A stretch of 64,000 nucleotides of DNA, taken from an uncultured Gemmatimonadales bacterium (GTDB taxonomy: Bacteria; Gemmatimonadota; Gemmatimonadetes; Gemmatimonadales; GWC2-71-9). The stretch covers positions 224,001 through 288,000 of the forward strand of contig CAWCFX010000006.1 in assembly GCA_963795085.1 (NCBI GenBank), written 5' to 3'. Each line of letters begins with the position of its first letter. Within the stretch, counting starts at the first letter, position 1. The notes under the pieces were generated by a model that was not told where the DNA came from, searched no databases, and worked only from the letters and a program-made list of their open reading frames with translations. The translations under genes were made by a program, and so were the position numbers. Positions 63,031 to 64,000 of the stretch are shown in pieces.

Positions 63031-64000
63031 CCTGCTGGCCGCCCGCGCCCAGATGGCGATGTCGCTCGGCTTCCATATCGTCTTCGCCATGATCGGGATC
63101 GCCATGCCGGCCATGATGGTGATCGCCGAACGGCGATGGATCCGGACCGGAGACGAGATCTACCGCGAGCTGGCCCACCGGTGGGCGAAGGGGACAGCCA
63201 TTCTCTTCGCGGTAGGCGCGGTGTCCGGCACTGTGCTCTCCTTCGAACTGGGGCTGCTGTGGCCCCGGTTCATGGAGTTCGCCGGGCCCCTCATCGGCAT
63301 GCCCTTCAGCCTGGAGGGCTTCGCGTTCTTCACCGAGGCGATCTTCCTCGGCATCTACCTGTACGGATGGGAACGCATCCCCCCGCGGGCCCACCTGATG
63401 GCCGGCATCCTGGTCGCGGTGAGCGGGGTGCTCTCCGGCATCTTTGTCGTCATCGCCAACGCCTGGATGAATACGCCGGCCGGCCTCACCATGGCCGGCG
63501 GGGAGGTGATCGCCGTCGACCCGATCGCCGCCATGGCGAATCCGGCCGCGTTCTCCCAGACCCTGCACATGACGCTGGCATCGTTTGCCGCGACCGGCCT
63601 GGGAGTCGCCGGGATCCATGCGTACCTGCTGCTTCGCCGCCCGGACAACGGATTCCACCGGCGGGCCCTGTCGATCGCCCTGCTGGTCGGCGCGCCGGCC
63701 GCCCTGCTGATGCCGCTCTCCGGGGACATCAACGCCCGGTTCATCGCGGAGCACCAGCCGGCCAAGCTGGCGGCCGCCGAGTCGCTGTTCGAGACCCGGG
63801 CCGGGGCCCCGCTCCTGATAGGCGGAATTCCCGACGTCGAATCCGGCACGGTGCGGTTCGGCCTGGAAATCCCCAAGCTGCTGTCCCTGCTCGCGCACCA
63901 CGATCCTGACGCCGTGGTCACCGGGCTGGACCGAATCCCCCGCGACGAGTGGCCCCCGGTGGCCATCGTCCATGTTGCGTTCCAGGTCATGGTGGGCCTG
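63023..64000 (+). CDS. cydA: Cytochrome bd ubiquinol oxidase subunit I, partial (runs off the window)
   Basis: MSDLLAARAQMAMSLGFHIVF, AVGAVSGT.LSFE, LEGFAFFTEA, ANAWMNTP, QPAKLAA.E. Confidence 0.93.
   Translation, partial: MSDLLAARAQMAMSLGFHIVFAMIGIAMPAMMVIAERRWIRTGDEIYRELAHRWAKGTAILFAVGAVSGTVLSFELGLLWPRFMEFAGPLIGMPFSLEGFAFFTEAIFLGIYLYGWERIPPRAHLMAGILVAVSGVLSGIFVVIANAWMNTPAGLTMAGGEVIAVDPIAAMANPAAFSQTLHMTLASFAATGLGVAGIHAYLLLRRPDNGFHRRALSIALLVGAPAALLMPLSGDINARFIAEHQPAKLAAAESLFETRAGAPLLIGGIPDVESGTVRFGLEIPKLLSLLAHHDPDAVVTGLDRIPRDEWPPVAIVHVAFQVMVGL

Overview
High-GC bacterial chromosomal segment. The gene families suggest Gemmatimonadota, but this is inference and was not tested. All family assignments come from recognised motifs; no database searches were run. 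Housekeeping and repair content: Ada, an aminotransferase-hypothetical-NurA-HerA operon, HU, tdk, coaE, gcvH/gcvP plus a lipoate-ligase-family gene, a five-gene Dpp/Opp-type ABC transporter, malate synthase, the four-gene ligase-associated repair operon (exonuclease, ATP-dependent ligase, Lhr-type helicase, PdeM) and the start of cydA. The most interesting parts are: (1) a 13.5-kb surface-appendage locus (30789-44349) with three cysteine-free DUF4402/Csu-like pilins, a PapD-like chaperone, a divergent usher, a small secreted protein that appears to carry only a donor strand, a PAS-GGDEF-EAL protein and a 1651-aa repeat lipoprotein adhesin, with sigma-54 promoters before two pilins; (2) a FliA-type sigma-28 gene with no flagellar genes nearby, under a sigma-54-like promoter, plus an unannotated 54-aa FlgM-like ORF behind a near-consensus sigma-28 promoter; (3) a probable 6S RNA; (4) a leaderless membrane protein-wHTH-UppS operon with a repeated operator; (5) two apparent pseudoenzymes (DEAD-box and Cu/Zn-SOD folds); (6) three likely CTG start codons. 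Two single-base frameshifts are probably sequence errors. No rRNA, tRNA, CRISPR array or mobile element was found.
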